DNA from: Clostridia bacterium
GTDB lineage: Bacteria; Bacillota; Clostridia; TANB77; CAG-508
NCBI GenBank assembly: GCA_022790975.1
Contig: JAAVYF010000021.1
Coordinates: 19,605-83,604 of the forward strand
Reading direction: 5' to 3'
Length of the DNA: 64,000 nucleotides
The notes under the pieces were generated by a model, which was not told the DNA's origin, ran no database searches, and saw only the letters and a list, made by a program, of their open reading frames with translations. The position numbers were made by a program, and so were the translations under genes. This document shows, one piece after another, positions 23,484-33,781 of the stretch. The first letter of the stretch is position 1. Every line of letters starts with the position of its first letter.

Positions 23484-23628
23484 AAGTTAAAGATTAATGT
23501 GAAAGAATTTACATTTTTTCACATATAAATTCTTTCATTATAATTGTATTACATGTAGCTAAAACTGTTTGGATAAATTGCCTAATAGTTTGTTTTTAAG
23601 CAGAGAAAGAAAGGAATGAAATTTAAAA

Positions 23629-24935
23629 TGAAAGAAAAAAATAAAGTAGCATTTCATACTTTAGGATGTAAAGTTAATATGTATGAAACAAATCGGCATG
23701 ATTCAAAAATTTGAGGAAGCTGGATATAAAATAGTTAATTTTAATGAATTTGCAGATATATATATTGTAAATACTTGTACTGTTACTAGTATTTCAGATA
23801 AAAAATCCCGTCAGTTTTTAAGACAAGCCAAAAAAATTAATCCGATAGGACTAGTTGTTGCAGTTCGGTTGTTATGTGCAAGTAGCTAAAGAAGAAGTTA
23901 TGTCTATTCCAGAAATTGATATTTGTCTTGGTACTAATGAAAAAGTAGATATTGTTAAATATATAGAAGAATATAATGAAAAAATAAAAATAGATATTGA
24001 TGATGTTTTTAAAACTTCCGAATATACAGATTTTGGAAGTGTTACATATACAGAAAAAACAAGAGCTGTTATAAAAATTCAAGATGGTTGTGATAGATTT
24101 TGTTCATATTGCTTAATTCCATATGCAAGGGGAAAAGTTAGAAGTAGAAGTAAATTTTCAATAATTTCTGAAATTACTGAAATTGCAAAAAAGGGAATTA
24201 AAGAAGTTGTAATTACAGGAATTCATATAGCTTCATATGGAAAAGATTTTAAAAATGGATATAGTTTAATAGATTTATTAGAAGAAATTAATAAAATTGA
24301 TAATATTGAAAGAGTAAGACTTGGCTCAATAGAGCCACTTTTAATTACAAAAAAATTTTTAGAAAGATTTTCTAAATTAGAAAAAATGTGCCATCATTTT
24401 CATTTATCTTTGCAAAGTGGATGTACAGAAGTTTTAAAGAGAATGAACAGAAGGTATACAATAGATGAATTTGAAACAATTGTAAATATGATTAGAAATT
24501 ATTTCTCAGATAGTATATTAACTACAGATATAATAGTTCGGCTTCCCAGGTGAAACAGAAGAAGAATTTAAACAGACTTATGAATTTTTAAAAAGAATTA
24601 AATTTTATAAAATGCATATATTTAAATTCTCTGCAAGAAAAGGAACTAAAGCAGAAACAATGCCTATGCAAATATCTCCAATAAAGAAAGAAGAAAGAAG
24701 CAAAATCTTATTAGAACTGTCAGATAAAAATGAAATAGAATTTTTAAATTCTTATATTGGAAAAACAGTATCAGTATTATTCGAAGAAATGGAAGCAGAT
24801 TTTTGCAAAGGTCATACAGCAAATTTTTTAATGGTAAATGTAAAATCAAAACACGATTTGAGTGGAAATATATTTAATGTAAAAATAGAAAACAGAGAAA
24901 ATCTGGAACTTATTGGCAAGATAGTAGAAAATTAA
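23629..24935 (+). CDS. mtaB: tRNA methylthiotransferase (MtaB/RimO-like radical-SAM MTTase), with three C insertions at 23694, 23866 and 24539
   Basis: MTTase N-terminal domain (HTLGCKVN), radical-SAM CSYCLIPYARG, and a C-terminal TRAM domain. Each deletion restores frame: ETNGMIQKF, VAVGCYVQ, IVGFPGETEEEF. Confidence 0.8.
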
Positions 24936-25067
24936 TGCGTTACTTTTTTGTAAAAAAATGGTAATTAAAACTTAATATATATTTTGTCAATATATATTGA
25001 TTTTAAATTAGTTATATAGTATAAATAATATAAAGTTATTAAGTTCCAATACTAAGGAGGAAGCTAA

Positions 25068-25331
25068 ATGAAAGAATTTAAATTAAATGAAAATGAACAA
25101 GCAGGAAGTAATGTACCAGCCAAAATTGGTATTTGGTCAAAAATTAAAGGATTCTTGTTTCAAGAAATAGATTTAAACAAACCAATCGTTCTTGAATTAA
25201 CACCAAAAGAAGAAAAGGTGTTAAATGAAGTTCATGATTTCTTATTTCAAGAAGTTAAATTTCCAGAATTACATGATTTTTTATTTCAAGAAATTACATT
25301 TTTTGGAAAAAGCAAAAAAGAACGACTATAA
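25068..25331 (+). CDS. Small protein with three HDFLFQE(V/I) repeats
   Basis: Strong RBS AAGGAGG. KGFLFQEIDL, HDFLFQEVKF and HDFLFQEITF recur at roughly 20-aa spacing. No known family recognised. Confidence 0.4.
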   Translation: MKEFKLNENEQAGSNVPAKIGIWSKIKGFLFQEIDLNKPIVLELTPKEEKVLNEVHDFLFQEVKFPELHDFLFQEITFFGKSKKERL

Positions 25332-25558
25332 TATAAACTTTTGGTAATATATTTTGGAGTTGTTAAGAGGTATGCATATAGCATATCTCTTATTTCTATT
25401 TTAAGAGATGTATATTATAATTATAAAGATTGTATATTATATAATTTTTATTGATTTTAGTTATAATTCAAAGTATGTAAAATTGAAAATCCTAGAAAAT
25501 TAATTCATTAAATCTATTGAAAAAATTTAATTTATGTGATATAAGTATAACCGTATAA

Positions 25559-26603
25559 ATGGAGGTAAACTTGGCAAAAAATATTAAAGATTTTTGTATA
25601 GATGAATTAAAAGAAGAATTTAAAAAGTTAAATGAAAAAACATACAGAGCAGAACAAGTTTATGAATGGATTTACAAAAAGAAAGTAAATTCTTTTGATG
25701 ATATGACAAATCTTTCAATTGATTTAAGAAATAAGCTAAAAGAAAATTTTAATTTTGGAACTTTTAATATAGTAGAAAAACTTGTTTCTACAGATGGAAC
25801 TAAAAAATATTTATTTGATATAAATGATGGAAGAGGTTCTTTAATAGAGTGTGTTTTAATGCAATATCATCATGGTTTTACAATTTGTGTTTCATCAGAA
25901 ATTGGATGTAAAATGGGTTGTAAATTTTGTGCTTCAACAGGAATAAAATTTGAAAGAGGTTTAACTTCAGGAGAAATAGTAGAACAGATTTTAGGAGTTG
26001 AAAAAGATTCAAATATTACAATTTCAAATATAGTTTTTATGGGAATTGGAGAACCATTTGATAATTACGATAATGTTATGAAAGCTATTAGTATTTTAAA
26101 TGACCCTAAAGCATTAAATATTGGAGCTAGACACATTAGTATTTCAACTAGTGGGATTGTTCCTAAAATTTATCAAATGGCAGATGAAAAAATGCAATGT
26201 ACACTTTCTATTTCATTACATAGTGCAAACAATAAAAAAAGAAGTGAAATGATGCCTATAAATAATAGATATCCAATTGAAGAACTGATTAAAGCTTGTA
26301 AGTATTATATAGAAAAAACAAATAAAAGAGTTTCATTTGAATATGCACTAGCCAAAGATAACAACGATAATTTAGAAGATGCTAAAGAATTAGCTAATTT
26401 ATTAAAAGGCATGTTAGCTCATGTTAATTTAATTCCAATTAATAAAATAGATAATGGAAATTATATAAAAAGCACAAACGAAAATATAATAAAATTTAGA
26501 GATTACTTGAATTCAAAAGGAATAACAGCAACAATAAGACGTGAGTTAGGCTCTGATATAAATGCTGCTTGTCGGACAACTTAGAAAGCAAAATTTAAAG
26601 TAA
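25559..26603 (+). CDS. rlmN: 23S rRNA/tRNA m2A methyltransferase RlmN (radical SAM), C insertion at 26573 near the 3' end
   Basis: CKMGCKFCAS radical-SAM motif. The likely true start is TTG 25571, after GGAGG. Deleting C26573 restores ...AACGQLRKQNLK*. Confidence 0.85.
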
Positions 26604-26642
26604 AGAAACAACAAGGCGATATAACGACAAATAGGAGGAAAA

Positions 26643-27377
26643 ATGAGAATTTTAGCAAATTCGGATGTTGGAAAAGCCCGAGAAATGAATCAAGATTTTT
26701 ACTACATAAGTAATCTTGAAAAGGATGATATAAAACTATATATTTTAGCAGATGGAATGGGTGGTTATAAAGGAGGAGAAATTGCTAGTAATTTAGCAGT
26801 TACATGTGTAAAAAATTACATTTGCAATAATTTTTCTAAGATTCCGAAGGAAAAAGATGATATTTTAAATTTAATTAATAATTCTATTGAATATGCGAAT
26901 ATGATAGTATATGAAAAGTCATTAGAAATTCCAGAACTTAAAGATATGGGAACTACTTTAGATGTATCAATTTTATACAATAATAAAGTTTTTATAGGTC
27001 ATGTTGGTGATAGTAGAATTTATAGAGTTAGAAAAAATATAATTAGAAAGTTAACTATGGATCATAGCTATGTAGAAAAGTTAGTTAGAGATGGAAGCAT
27101 AACTAAAGAAGAAGCCTACAACCATCCCAATAAAAACATGCTTTTAAAAGCAGTTGGATGTAATAATTTGGTTAAACCAGATGTGTTTTATAAAGGCTTT
27201 TTAAAAGGAGATATACTTCTTATGTGTTCAGATGGTTTAACTAATATGTTAAAAGAATCAGAAATATATAATATATTATTAAATAATCCTGATAAACCAG
27301 TTGAAGCACTTATTAATGAAGCTAATAAAGTAGGTGGACTTGATAATATTACAGCAATTATTATTGATAATGTTTAA
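26643..27377 (+). CDS. stp: PP2C-family Ser/Thr phosphatase
   Basis: PP2C motifs (LADGMGG, DGxT, GGLDNIT). Conserved position upstream of prkC. Confidence 0.85.
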   Translation: MRILANSDVGKAREMNQDFYYISNLEKDDIKLYILADGMGGYKGGEIASNLAVTCVKNYICNNFSKIPKEKDDILNLINNSIEYANMIVYEKSLEIPELKDMGTTLDVSILYNNKVFIGHVGDSRIYRVRKNIIRKLTMDHSYVEKLVRDGSITKEEAYNHPNKNMLLKAVGCNNLVKPDVFYKGFLKGDILLMCSDGLTNMLKESEIYNILLNNPDKPVEALINEANKVGGLDNITAIIIDNV

Positions 27378-27393
27378 TATTTAAGGAGATAGA

Positions 27394-29490
27394 ATGATGA
27401 ATCTTATAGGAAAGATGTTAGATAATAGGTATGAAATTTTAGAAAAAATTGGAAACGGTGGAATGGCAACAGTTTTTAAAGCAAAGTGTCATGTTTTAAA
27501 TAGATTTGTTGCTGTAAAAATTTTAAGAGATGAATTTACAACAGATAGTGAATTTATAAAAAGATTTAATTCAGAAGCACAGTCTGCAGCTAGTCTTACT
27601 CATCCTAATATTGTTTCAATATACGATGTTGGTAATGAAGATAATCTTTATTATATAGTTATGGAATTAATTCAAGGAAAAACATTAAAGGAAATTATAA
27701 ATGAGGATGGAAAACTTCCATGGAAGTGGTCTGTAAATATTGCAATACAAATTGCTTCAGCTTTGGAAACAGCTCATAAAAATAATATAATTCATAGAGA
27801 TATTAAACCACATAATATAATAATAACAGAAGATGGAATGGCTAAAGTAACAGACTTTGGAATTGCAAAAGCTGTTTCAAATTCTACAATTACTGCATTT
27901 GGAACTACAATAGGTTCTGTTCATTATTTTTCACCAGAGCATGCTCGTGGAGGGTATACAGATGCAAAATCTGATTTATATTCTTTAGGTGTTGTAATGT
28001 ATGAAATGTTAACAGGAAAAGTTCCATTTGATGCAGATACTCCAGTTTCAGTTGCTTTAAAACAAGTTCAAGAAGAACCAGTTGATCCAATTACATATAA
28101 TGATACTATACCAATTAGTGTAAACAGAATTATATTAAAATCAATGCAAAAAGACCCATCTCTTCGTTATCAAAATGCAACAGATATGATAAAAGATTTA
28201 ACAATGGCATTAAAAAGACCAAATGAAGATTTTGTTGTATTAGCATTAAGAAATGATGATTCTCCTACTCAAAAAGTTCCAACTATTTATCAATTAGAAA
28301 TGGAAAAAAATAATGATAGAAATGCTCCTAAAATTGGAGAAGAAAGTCATGAAGAAAATAAGAAGAAGAAAAATAAAGTTTTAGAATTTTTCTCAAAACA
28401 TAAATTTATTAGAGCTTTATTAATACTTGCTATACTTGGAATGATATTTATAGGAGTAGCATTTGGAGTAATGCGTGGAATAAAAAAATCTGTTCCAGCA
28501 GATGGTAGAATTCCTCAGCTTGTTTTTGAAGAAGCAGATAAAATGTTAACAGAAGAACAAGCTATTGAAAAATTAAAAGAAGCTGGATTCACAGATTATG
28601 AAATTTTAAGAGAAACTAGTGATACAGTAGAAGCAGGTTTTGTAATAAAACAAGAACCAAATGATAGCATTACACATAAAGTAACAACTAGAGTTACAAT
28701 TACAGTAAGTTCAGGTCCAGAAATTGTTACATTACCAACTAATATGGTTGGAAAACAAATTGATGAAGTTACTGAAGAATTAAAAAAATTAGGATTACCT
28801 GACCCAACAATCACATATGAAACTAGTGAAACATCTGAAAAGGGAATGATTTTAAAAATTGAACCAGATGGAAGTGAAGGAGAACAAGTTGTAAAATCAA
28901 CAGTACTTAGTTTTGTTGTAAGTAGTGGAAGTCAATATGCTGATGTTGAAGTTATTAGTGTAGTTGGAGATACTGAAGATGTAGCGGTATCAAAATTAGA
29001 AGCATCAAATTTAGTTGTAGATGTTGAATATGATTATGATTCTTCTAAATCTGATGGAATTGTTTTAAGTCAAGATATTAAAGCTGGAAAAGTAATAAAA
29101 GAAAGTGACACTATTACATTAACAGTTAATAAATGGCCTGCAAGCAATAGTGTTAAATTTAAAATTAATGTAGCATCTTATTATCCAGATCCAGAACCAG
29201 AGGTAAGTAATGTAGAAACAGCTTCAAACACAACTGAAAATACTACAACAAATACTTCTTCAACTTCAACATCAAGTAGTAAGCAAAAAAATGTTTCTGT
29301 TGTAATTAACATCGACAACCGTGATGAAAAAACAATTTCAATTTCTACTTCTGAAAATAATTATGAATATGAATCATTACAATATTCTGGATATAGAGAA
29401 GTAATAATTTCTATTGGAGGAAGTATAGTTTATAAAGAAAAAATTGATTTTAGTCAAGCAAATCAAGTTATAGAAATAAGTAAAAAATAA
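27394..29490 (+). CDS. prkC: Ser/Thr protein kinase with extracellular PASTA repeats
   Basis: Hanks kinase motifs (HRDIKPHN, DFGIA), a TM helix, then repeated PASTA-like units. Confidence 0.9.
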   Translation: MMNLIGKMLDNRYEILEKIGNGGMATVFKAKCHVLNRFVAVKILRDEFTTDSEFIKRFNSEAQSAASLTHPNIVSIYDVGNEDNLYYIVMELIQGKTLKEIINEDGKLPWKWSVNIAIQIASALETAHKNNIIHRDIKPHNIIITEDGMAKVTDFGIAKAVSNSTITAFGTTIGSVHYFSPEHARGGYTDAKSDLYSLGVVMYEMLTGKVPFDADTPVSVALKQVQEEPVDPITYNDTIPISVNRIILKSMQKDPSLRYQNATDMIKDLTMALKRPNEDFVVLALRNDDSPTQKVPTIYQLEMEKNNDRNAPKIGEESHEENKKKKNKVLEFFSKHKFIRALLILAILGMIFIGVAFGVMRGIKKSVPADGRIPQLVFEEADKMLTEEQAIEKLKEAGFTDYEILRETSDTVEAGFVIKQEPNDSITHKVTTRVTITVSSGPEIVTLPTNMVGKQIDEVTEELKKLGLPDPTITYETSETSEKGMILKIEPDGSEGEQVVKSTVLSFVVSSGSQYADVEVISVVGDTEDVAVSKLEASNLVVDVEYDYDSSKSDGIVLSQDIKAGKVIKESDTITLTVNKWPASNSVKFKINVASYYPDPEPEVSNVETASNTTENTTTNTSSTSTSSSKQKNVSVVINIDNRDEKTISISTSENNYEYESLQYSGYREVIISIGGSIVYKEKIDFSQANQVIEISKK

Positions 29491-29581
29491 TTAAATTTTA
29501 GCTATCTTGTAATTCGAAATTTTAAGTTATAAGATAGCTATTTTTAAATTAAAAAATTATTTTGAGAGGAGAAAATAAAAT

Positions 29582-30250
29582 ATGACTTTAGTTTCGACAT
29601 CACTTTTAAACTTATCTGAAGAAGACTATGTACATTCTCTTTATAATTTAGAAACTTCAAAAACAGACTATTTTCATATAGATGTTATGGATGGAAAGTT
29701 TGTAGAAAATAATACATCTAAAAGAATGAAAGATTATGCTATGGCTTTATCTCATATAAGTAGTTTAGGACTAGATGTACATTTAATGGTTGAAAATGTT
29801 GAAGAATATATTGATGAATATATAGATTTAGAACCTAGAATTATAAGCTTTCATATTGAAGCTATAAGAGAAAAAAGTAGAGTTTTTAGTATTATAGATG
29901 AATTAAAGAGGAATAATATTAGAATTGGTTTGGCAATAAATCCAAATACAAAGATAGAAGAAATAAAAGAATATTTGCCATTTATTCATATGGTATTAAT
30001 AATGAGCGTTGAGCCTGGTAAAGGAGGACAATTATATCTTCCAGAAACAACTCAAAAAATTAGTGAATTAAAAGAATATTTAGATAAAAATAATTTAGAT
30101 TTAGATATTGAAGTTGATGGTGGGATAAATGATAAAACAGCTGAGGAAGCTGTAAATGCTGGAGCTAGTATATTAGTTGCAGGAAGTTACATTTTGAAAT
30201 CAGAAAATCCAAAAGAAGCAGTTAGAAATTTAAAAAAATATGATTTTTAG
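29582..30250 (+). CDS. rpe: Ribulose-phosphate 3-epimerase
   Basis: Rpe TIM-barrel motifs (HIDVMDG, HLMV, VDGGI). The rsgA gene usually found between prkC and rpe is absent. Confidence 0.8.
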   Translation: MTLVSTSLLNLSEEDYVHSLYNLETSKTDYFHIDVMDGKFVENNTSKRMKDYAMALSHISSLGLDVHLMVENVEEYIDEYIDLEPRIISFHIEAIREKSRVFSIIDELKRNNIRIGLAINPNTKIEEIKEYLPFIHMVLIMSVEPGKGGQLYLPETTQKISELKEYLDKNNLDLDIEVDGGINDKTAEEAVNAGASILVAGSYILKSENPKEAVRNLKKYDF

Positions 30251-30319
30251 AATATTTTTATATTTAAAAATAAAATAGAACAAATATCTATATTGCTTAA
30301 TAAAAATAAGGAGGAAAAT

Positions 30320-32104
30320 ATGAAATCAAAAAAAGTATTAATAAGTTTATTAGTTATGATTTTAATTTGTTCTTTAACAGTAGTATCATTTGCAATAAAT
30401 AATGAAGAGGATAAGAAAAAATCAAAAAAATCAGAAAATACAATTATAAGTGATGAGGAAAAAGATGATTTACTAAATGATGAAAAAAACGAAGTAAATA
30501 ATAAAACAGAAAAAAGTAAATCAAATAAAAAATCAGTAAATGAAATAGAAGATGAAGATTCTAAAGATCTAGAAGAAAATGATAAGTCATCAAAAAAAGA
30601 TACAGAGATAAAAGATGAAAATGATAAGTCATCTAAAAAGGATACAGAAACAAAAGACAAAAATGATAAATCATCTAAAGATAATACAGAAATAAAAGAT
30701 GAAAGTGATAAAACATATAAAAATGATTCAGATAAAATTTTAGGTGAGTATCAATGGGTTGGAGGACCAAATGCATATTCTGAAAAAATTTCAAAAGATT
30801 TAATAGATTATAATAATAAAAATATAGAATATAGTAATTGTTATATAGATGGAAATGTGATTATATTTGGTGGTAAAAAAGTTACAATAAAAGATTGCCA
30901 AATAGCTGGAGATATTATTATATTTGCTGATGAAATTGAGTTTATTAATAATGATGAAAAATGTATAATAGAAGGAACAGCGTTTTTAACTGCAGATGAT
31001 ATTGTTTTTGATGGAAGAGCTAAATCAGTATATGCTTTAGGTGGTGATATCAATTTTAAAAAATTAGCTCATATTAGTAATGATGTTAGAATATTAGGGG
31101 AAAATGTTAAGTTTAATTCAGTTGTTGGAAGAGATGTTAATATTATATCTGAAAAAGTTGAAATTTTAGAAGATACTACTATTTGGGGAAATGGATATAT
31201 TGAAACAGATGACGCTGAAATTTCTGATGAGTGTGAAGTTTTAGAAGAATTAAAAGTTACAGATTTAAGAACATTTAAATTTACTCCTAATAATAATTTA
31301 AGATTTAAATTATTTGAATCACTTGCTAGTATTATAATAATATTAGTTATTGCAGGATTTGTTTTAGGAGGATTTCCTAAATTTACAGAAGTTAATAGTA
31401 AATTACATTTAAGAGATTTTGTAAAAACATTTTTTACAGGTTTATTAGAATTATTTGCTTGTTTTGCAATTGCAATATTATTAATGTTAATAGGTCATGG
31501 AATAGGATATGCATTTTTATTAATAGCACTTTCTATAGTACTTGCATTTTTGGGAAAAGCATTATTTATTATAGCATTTTCTATTAGAATTGGTAGAAGT
31601 CCAAATAAAATTTCTAAAATAAAAGTATTTTTTATGACAATAATTATTGCTTTAGGTGTTGAAGCAATTGGATATTTTGCTTTACTTGGAAGTATAGGAT
31701 ATATAATTGTTGGAATATTTAATTTTATAATAGGAATTAGTGGTTTTGGGGCAATGATGACAGTTATATTTACTCCAAATGTTAGGGTGAAAAAAGTTCA
31801 GGGAGAAAAAAAATCAGACAATAATTTAAAAAGTACAGAAATAGATTATAATCAAAAAGAACTTAGAGAAGAAATAAAAAATGAAATAAAAGAAGAAATA
31901 AAAGAATTGCAAGAAGAAAAAGAAATTGAGAAAAAGTTAGAAGAAAACGATTCCAAAGAAAAGAATGTAGAAGATTTAAAAATAAAAGAAAATGATTTAA
32001 AAGAAGAAAATATAAATGCTTCAAAAAGTCAAGAGCCTGAAACTAAAAATGATGAAACTAAAAATGATGAAGTTACAGAAGATAACAAAGAAAATAATAA
32101 TTAA
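30320..32104 (+). CDS. Secreted/membrane protein: signal peptide, acidic DKSSKKDTEIKDEN repeats, a beta-solenoid-like domain, a multi-TM segment and a C-terminal E/K-rich coiled coil
   Basis: 595 aa from ATG 30320 (RBS AAGGAGG). The central region of short repeated beta-strand motifs resembles bactofilin/DUF4097-like beta-helices. Confidence 0.4.
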   Translation: MKSKKVLISLLVMILICSLTVVSFAINNEEDKKKSKKSENTIISDEEKDDLLNDEKNEVNNKTEKSKSNKKSVNEIEDEDSKDLEENDKSSKKDTEIKDENDKSSKKDTETKDKNDKSSKDNTEIKDESDKTYKNDSDKILGEYQWVGGPNAYSEKISKDLIDYNNKNIEYSNCYIDGNVIIFGGKKVTIKDCQIAGDIIIFADEIEFINNDEKCIIEGTAFLTADDIVFDGRAKSVYALGGDINFKKLAHISNDVRILGENVKFNSVVGRDVNIISEKVEILEDTTIWGNGYIETDDAEISDECEVLEELKVTDLRTFKFTPNNNLRFKLFESLASIIIILVIAGFVLGGFPKFTEVNSKLHLRDFVKTFFTGLLELFACFAIAILLMLIGHGIGYAFLLIALSIVLAFLGKALFIIAFSIRIGRSPNKISKIKVFFMTIIIALGVEAIGYFALLGSIGYIIVGIFNFIIGISGFGAMMTVIFTPNVRVKKVQGEKKSDNNLKSTEIDYNQKELREEIKNEIKEEIKELQEEKEIEKKLEENDSKEKNVEDLKIKENDLKEENINASKSQEPETKNDETKNDEVTEDNKENNN

Positions 32105-32167
32105 TAGTGAATAATGAACAATTTTGCGATTAATATTAAAAGTTTTATAGAATAGTTGGTATTAGAA

Positions 32168-32202
32168 GAGTGGTCTAAAAATAAATATAAGACCACTTTT
32201 CT
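32168..32202 (+). terminator. Rho-independent terminator
   Basis: GTGGTCT / AGACCAC stem followed by TTTT. Confidence 0.5.
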
Positions 32203-32257
32203 AATTTTAATAATAAAATTTTCTTTCAATAATTTTGAGTTAAAATTATTAAAGTAA

Positions 32258-32335
32258 CTATTTTTCTTTAACTCCAAAAATAAATTTTATGAATCCTCTT
32301 AGGCATTTTGGAGCTTTTCTAACAACTATAGTCAT
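32258..32335 (-). CDS. spoVM: Stage V sporulation protein M-like 25-aa peptide
   Basis: MTIVVRKAPKCLRGFIKFIFGVKEK has the same length, amphipathic pattern and K.PK.L.G core as B. subtilis SpoVM (MKFYTIKLPKFLGGIVRAMLGSFRKD). RBS AAAGGA. Position near rpe matches Bacillus synteny. Confidence 0.55.
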   Translation of the reverse strand: MTIVVRKAPKCLRGFIKFIFGVKEK

Positions 32336-32360
32336 ATGTTTCACCGTCCTTTGTATGTTT

Positions 32361-32513
32361 TTAGCATTTAAATAGGTAATTAATACCAAATATAATTAAG
32401 CCAATTCCTATTAGAATTAGCCAAGCATCTGATGGAAGAAATAGAATTAATAAAATGCCAATTCCAGATCCAATTAATATACCTGCAATTAATTTTTTCA
32501 TTCTTCTAAACAT
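32361..32513 (-). CDS. Small (50-aa) two-TM membrane protein
   Basis: MFRRMKKLIAGILIGSGIGILLILFLPSDAWLILIGIGLIIFGINYLFKC, with RBS GAGGAGG. It was not in the ORF track and was found by reading the minus strand. Confidence 0.4.
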   Translation of the reverse strand: MFRRMKKLIAGILIGSGIGILLILFLPSDAWLILIGIGLIIFGINYLFKC

Positions 32514-32698
32514 TAATTTCTACCTCCTCACTTCTTTTATTATTATATAATATTAATTATGTTATGTTTTAGTTACATTGTTAATAAAATATATAATTAA
32601 ATATTGAATTTTATATGTATGTTAGAAATACACTTGACAAAGAAACGAATGTTTGATATTATATTGAAAATTTATAATAAGTAAAAAGGAAATAGTAA

Positions 32699-33331
32699 AT
32701 GAAGAATAAAAAAGAAGCAATAAAAATAATAGAAATTTTGAAAAAAACATATCCAGATGCAACATGTAGTTTAGATTTTAAAAATCCATTTCAAATGATG
32801 ATAGCAGTAATGCTTTCAGCTCAATGTACAGATGAAAGAGTTAATAAAACTACTCCAGAACTTTTTTCTAAATTTGGAACTCCAGAAAAAATGGCAAACG
32901 CATTATTAGAAGATATAGAAAAAATAATACATCCATGTGGTTTTTATAAAAATAAAGCTAAAAATGCTATTTCAGCAAGTAAAGTTATTATTGAAAAATA
33001 TAATGGAGAAGTTCCATGTAGCATAGAAGAACTAATTACAATACCAGGAGTTGGAAGAAAAAGTGCGAATGTTATAATGCTAGAAGCTTTTAATAAACCT
33101 TGTGGAATTGCAGTAGATACACATGCTAAAAGAATTTCAAATAAAATGGGATTTTCAAAAGAAACAGAGCCAAGTAAAATTGAACAAGACTTAATAAAAA
33201 CATTCCCACATGAATATTTTTATGATGTGAACCATTTATTTGTATGGCATGGAAGAAACTTTTGTGATGCAAGAAAACCAGACTGTCAAAATTGCCCAGT
33301 AAACAAATATTGTGATGAATATAAAAAATAA
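32699..33331 (+). CDS. nth: Endonuclease III (HhH-GPD with a C-terminal 4Fe-4S cluster)
   Basis: HhH-GPD motif (PGVGRKSANVI...D) and C-x6-C-x2-C-x5-C at the C-terminus. Confidence 0.85.
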   Translation: MKNKKEAIKIIEILKKTYPDATCSLDFKNPFQMMIAVMLSAQCTDERVNKTTPELFSKFGTPEKMANALLEDIEKIIHPCGFYKNKAKNAISASKVIIEKYNGEVPCSIEELITIPGVGRKSANVIMLEAFNKPCGIAVDTHAKRISNKMGFSKETEPSKIEQDLIKTFPHEYFYDVNHLFVWHGRNFCDARKPDCQNCPVNKYCDEYKK

Positions 33332-33436
33332 TTTAGAATAAAATTATTATGATAATTATTTATTAGTACAGTTAGTTTTATAATATAAATGAATTTTATT
33401 ATTAAGTTATTTAAATTAAATTATATTATAAAAAAA

Positions 33437-33600
33437 TTTAAAGTGTTTATTATTTAGTTATTAAAATTCTAGTATAAAAATTTTAAAGTTTATTATTTAG
33501 TTATTAAATTCTATTTATAGTTTATTTGAATTATTAAATTCTAATATAAGAATTTTTAAAGCCTATTATGAGCTATTAATTTCTAATATAAGATATAAGA
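33437..33600. repeat. Degenerate tandem repeats (~42-47 bp, ~4 copies) in AT-rich intergenic DNA
   Basis: The unit ...TTAAAG(N)TTATTATTTAGTTATTAAA(T)TCTA(N)TATAA... is repeated with drift. Confidence 0.5.
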
Positions 33601-33781
33601 ATTATTAAAGATTATTATTAAGATATTTAAATTACAATTAAATTAATAATAATTTAATAATAAATTAATATAAATAAAAATTAAATAAATTTTATAATAA
33701 AATTAAAAAAAAGCTTTATATTTAAAAAATATAATGATATAATATCCTAGTATTATTATTTTAGAGGTAAGAGGTACATAT

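Noticed and set aside
29491-29581. Deletion scar or pseudogene of rsgA between prkC and rpe
   Set aside because: The 91-bp spacer contains only an RBS and AT-rich sequence with no residual rsgA-like coding fragments. Absence at this position is more simply a lineage-specific gene order.
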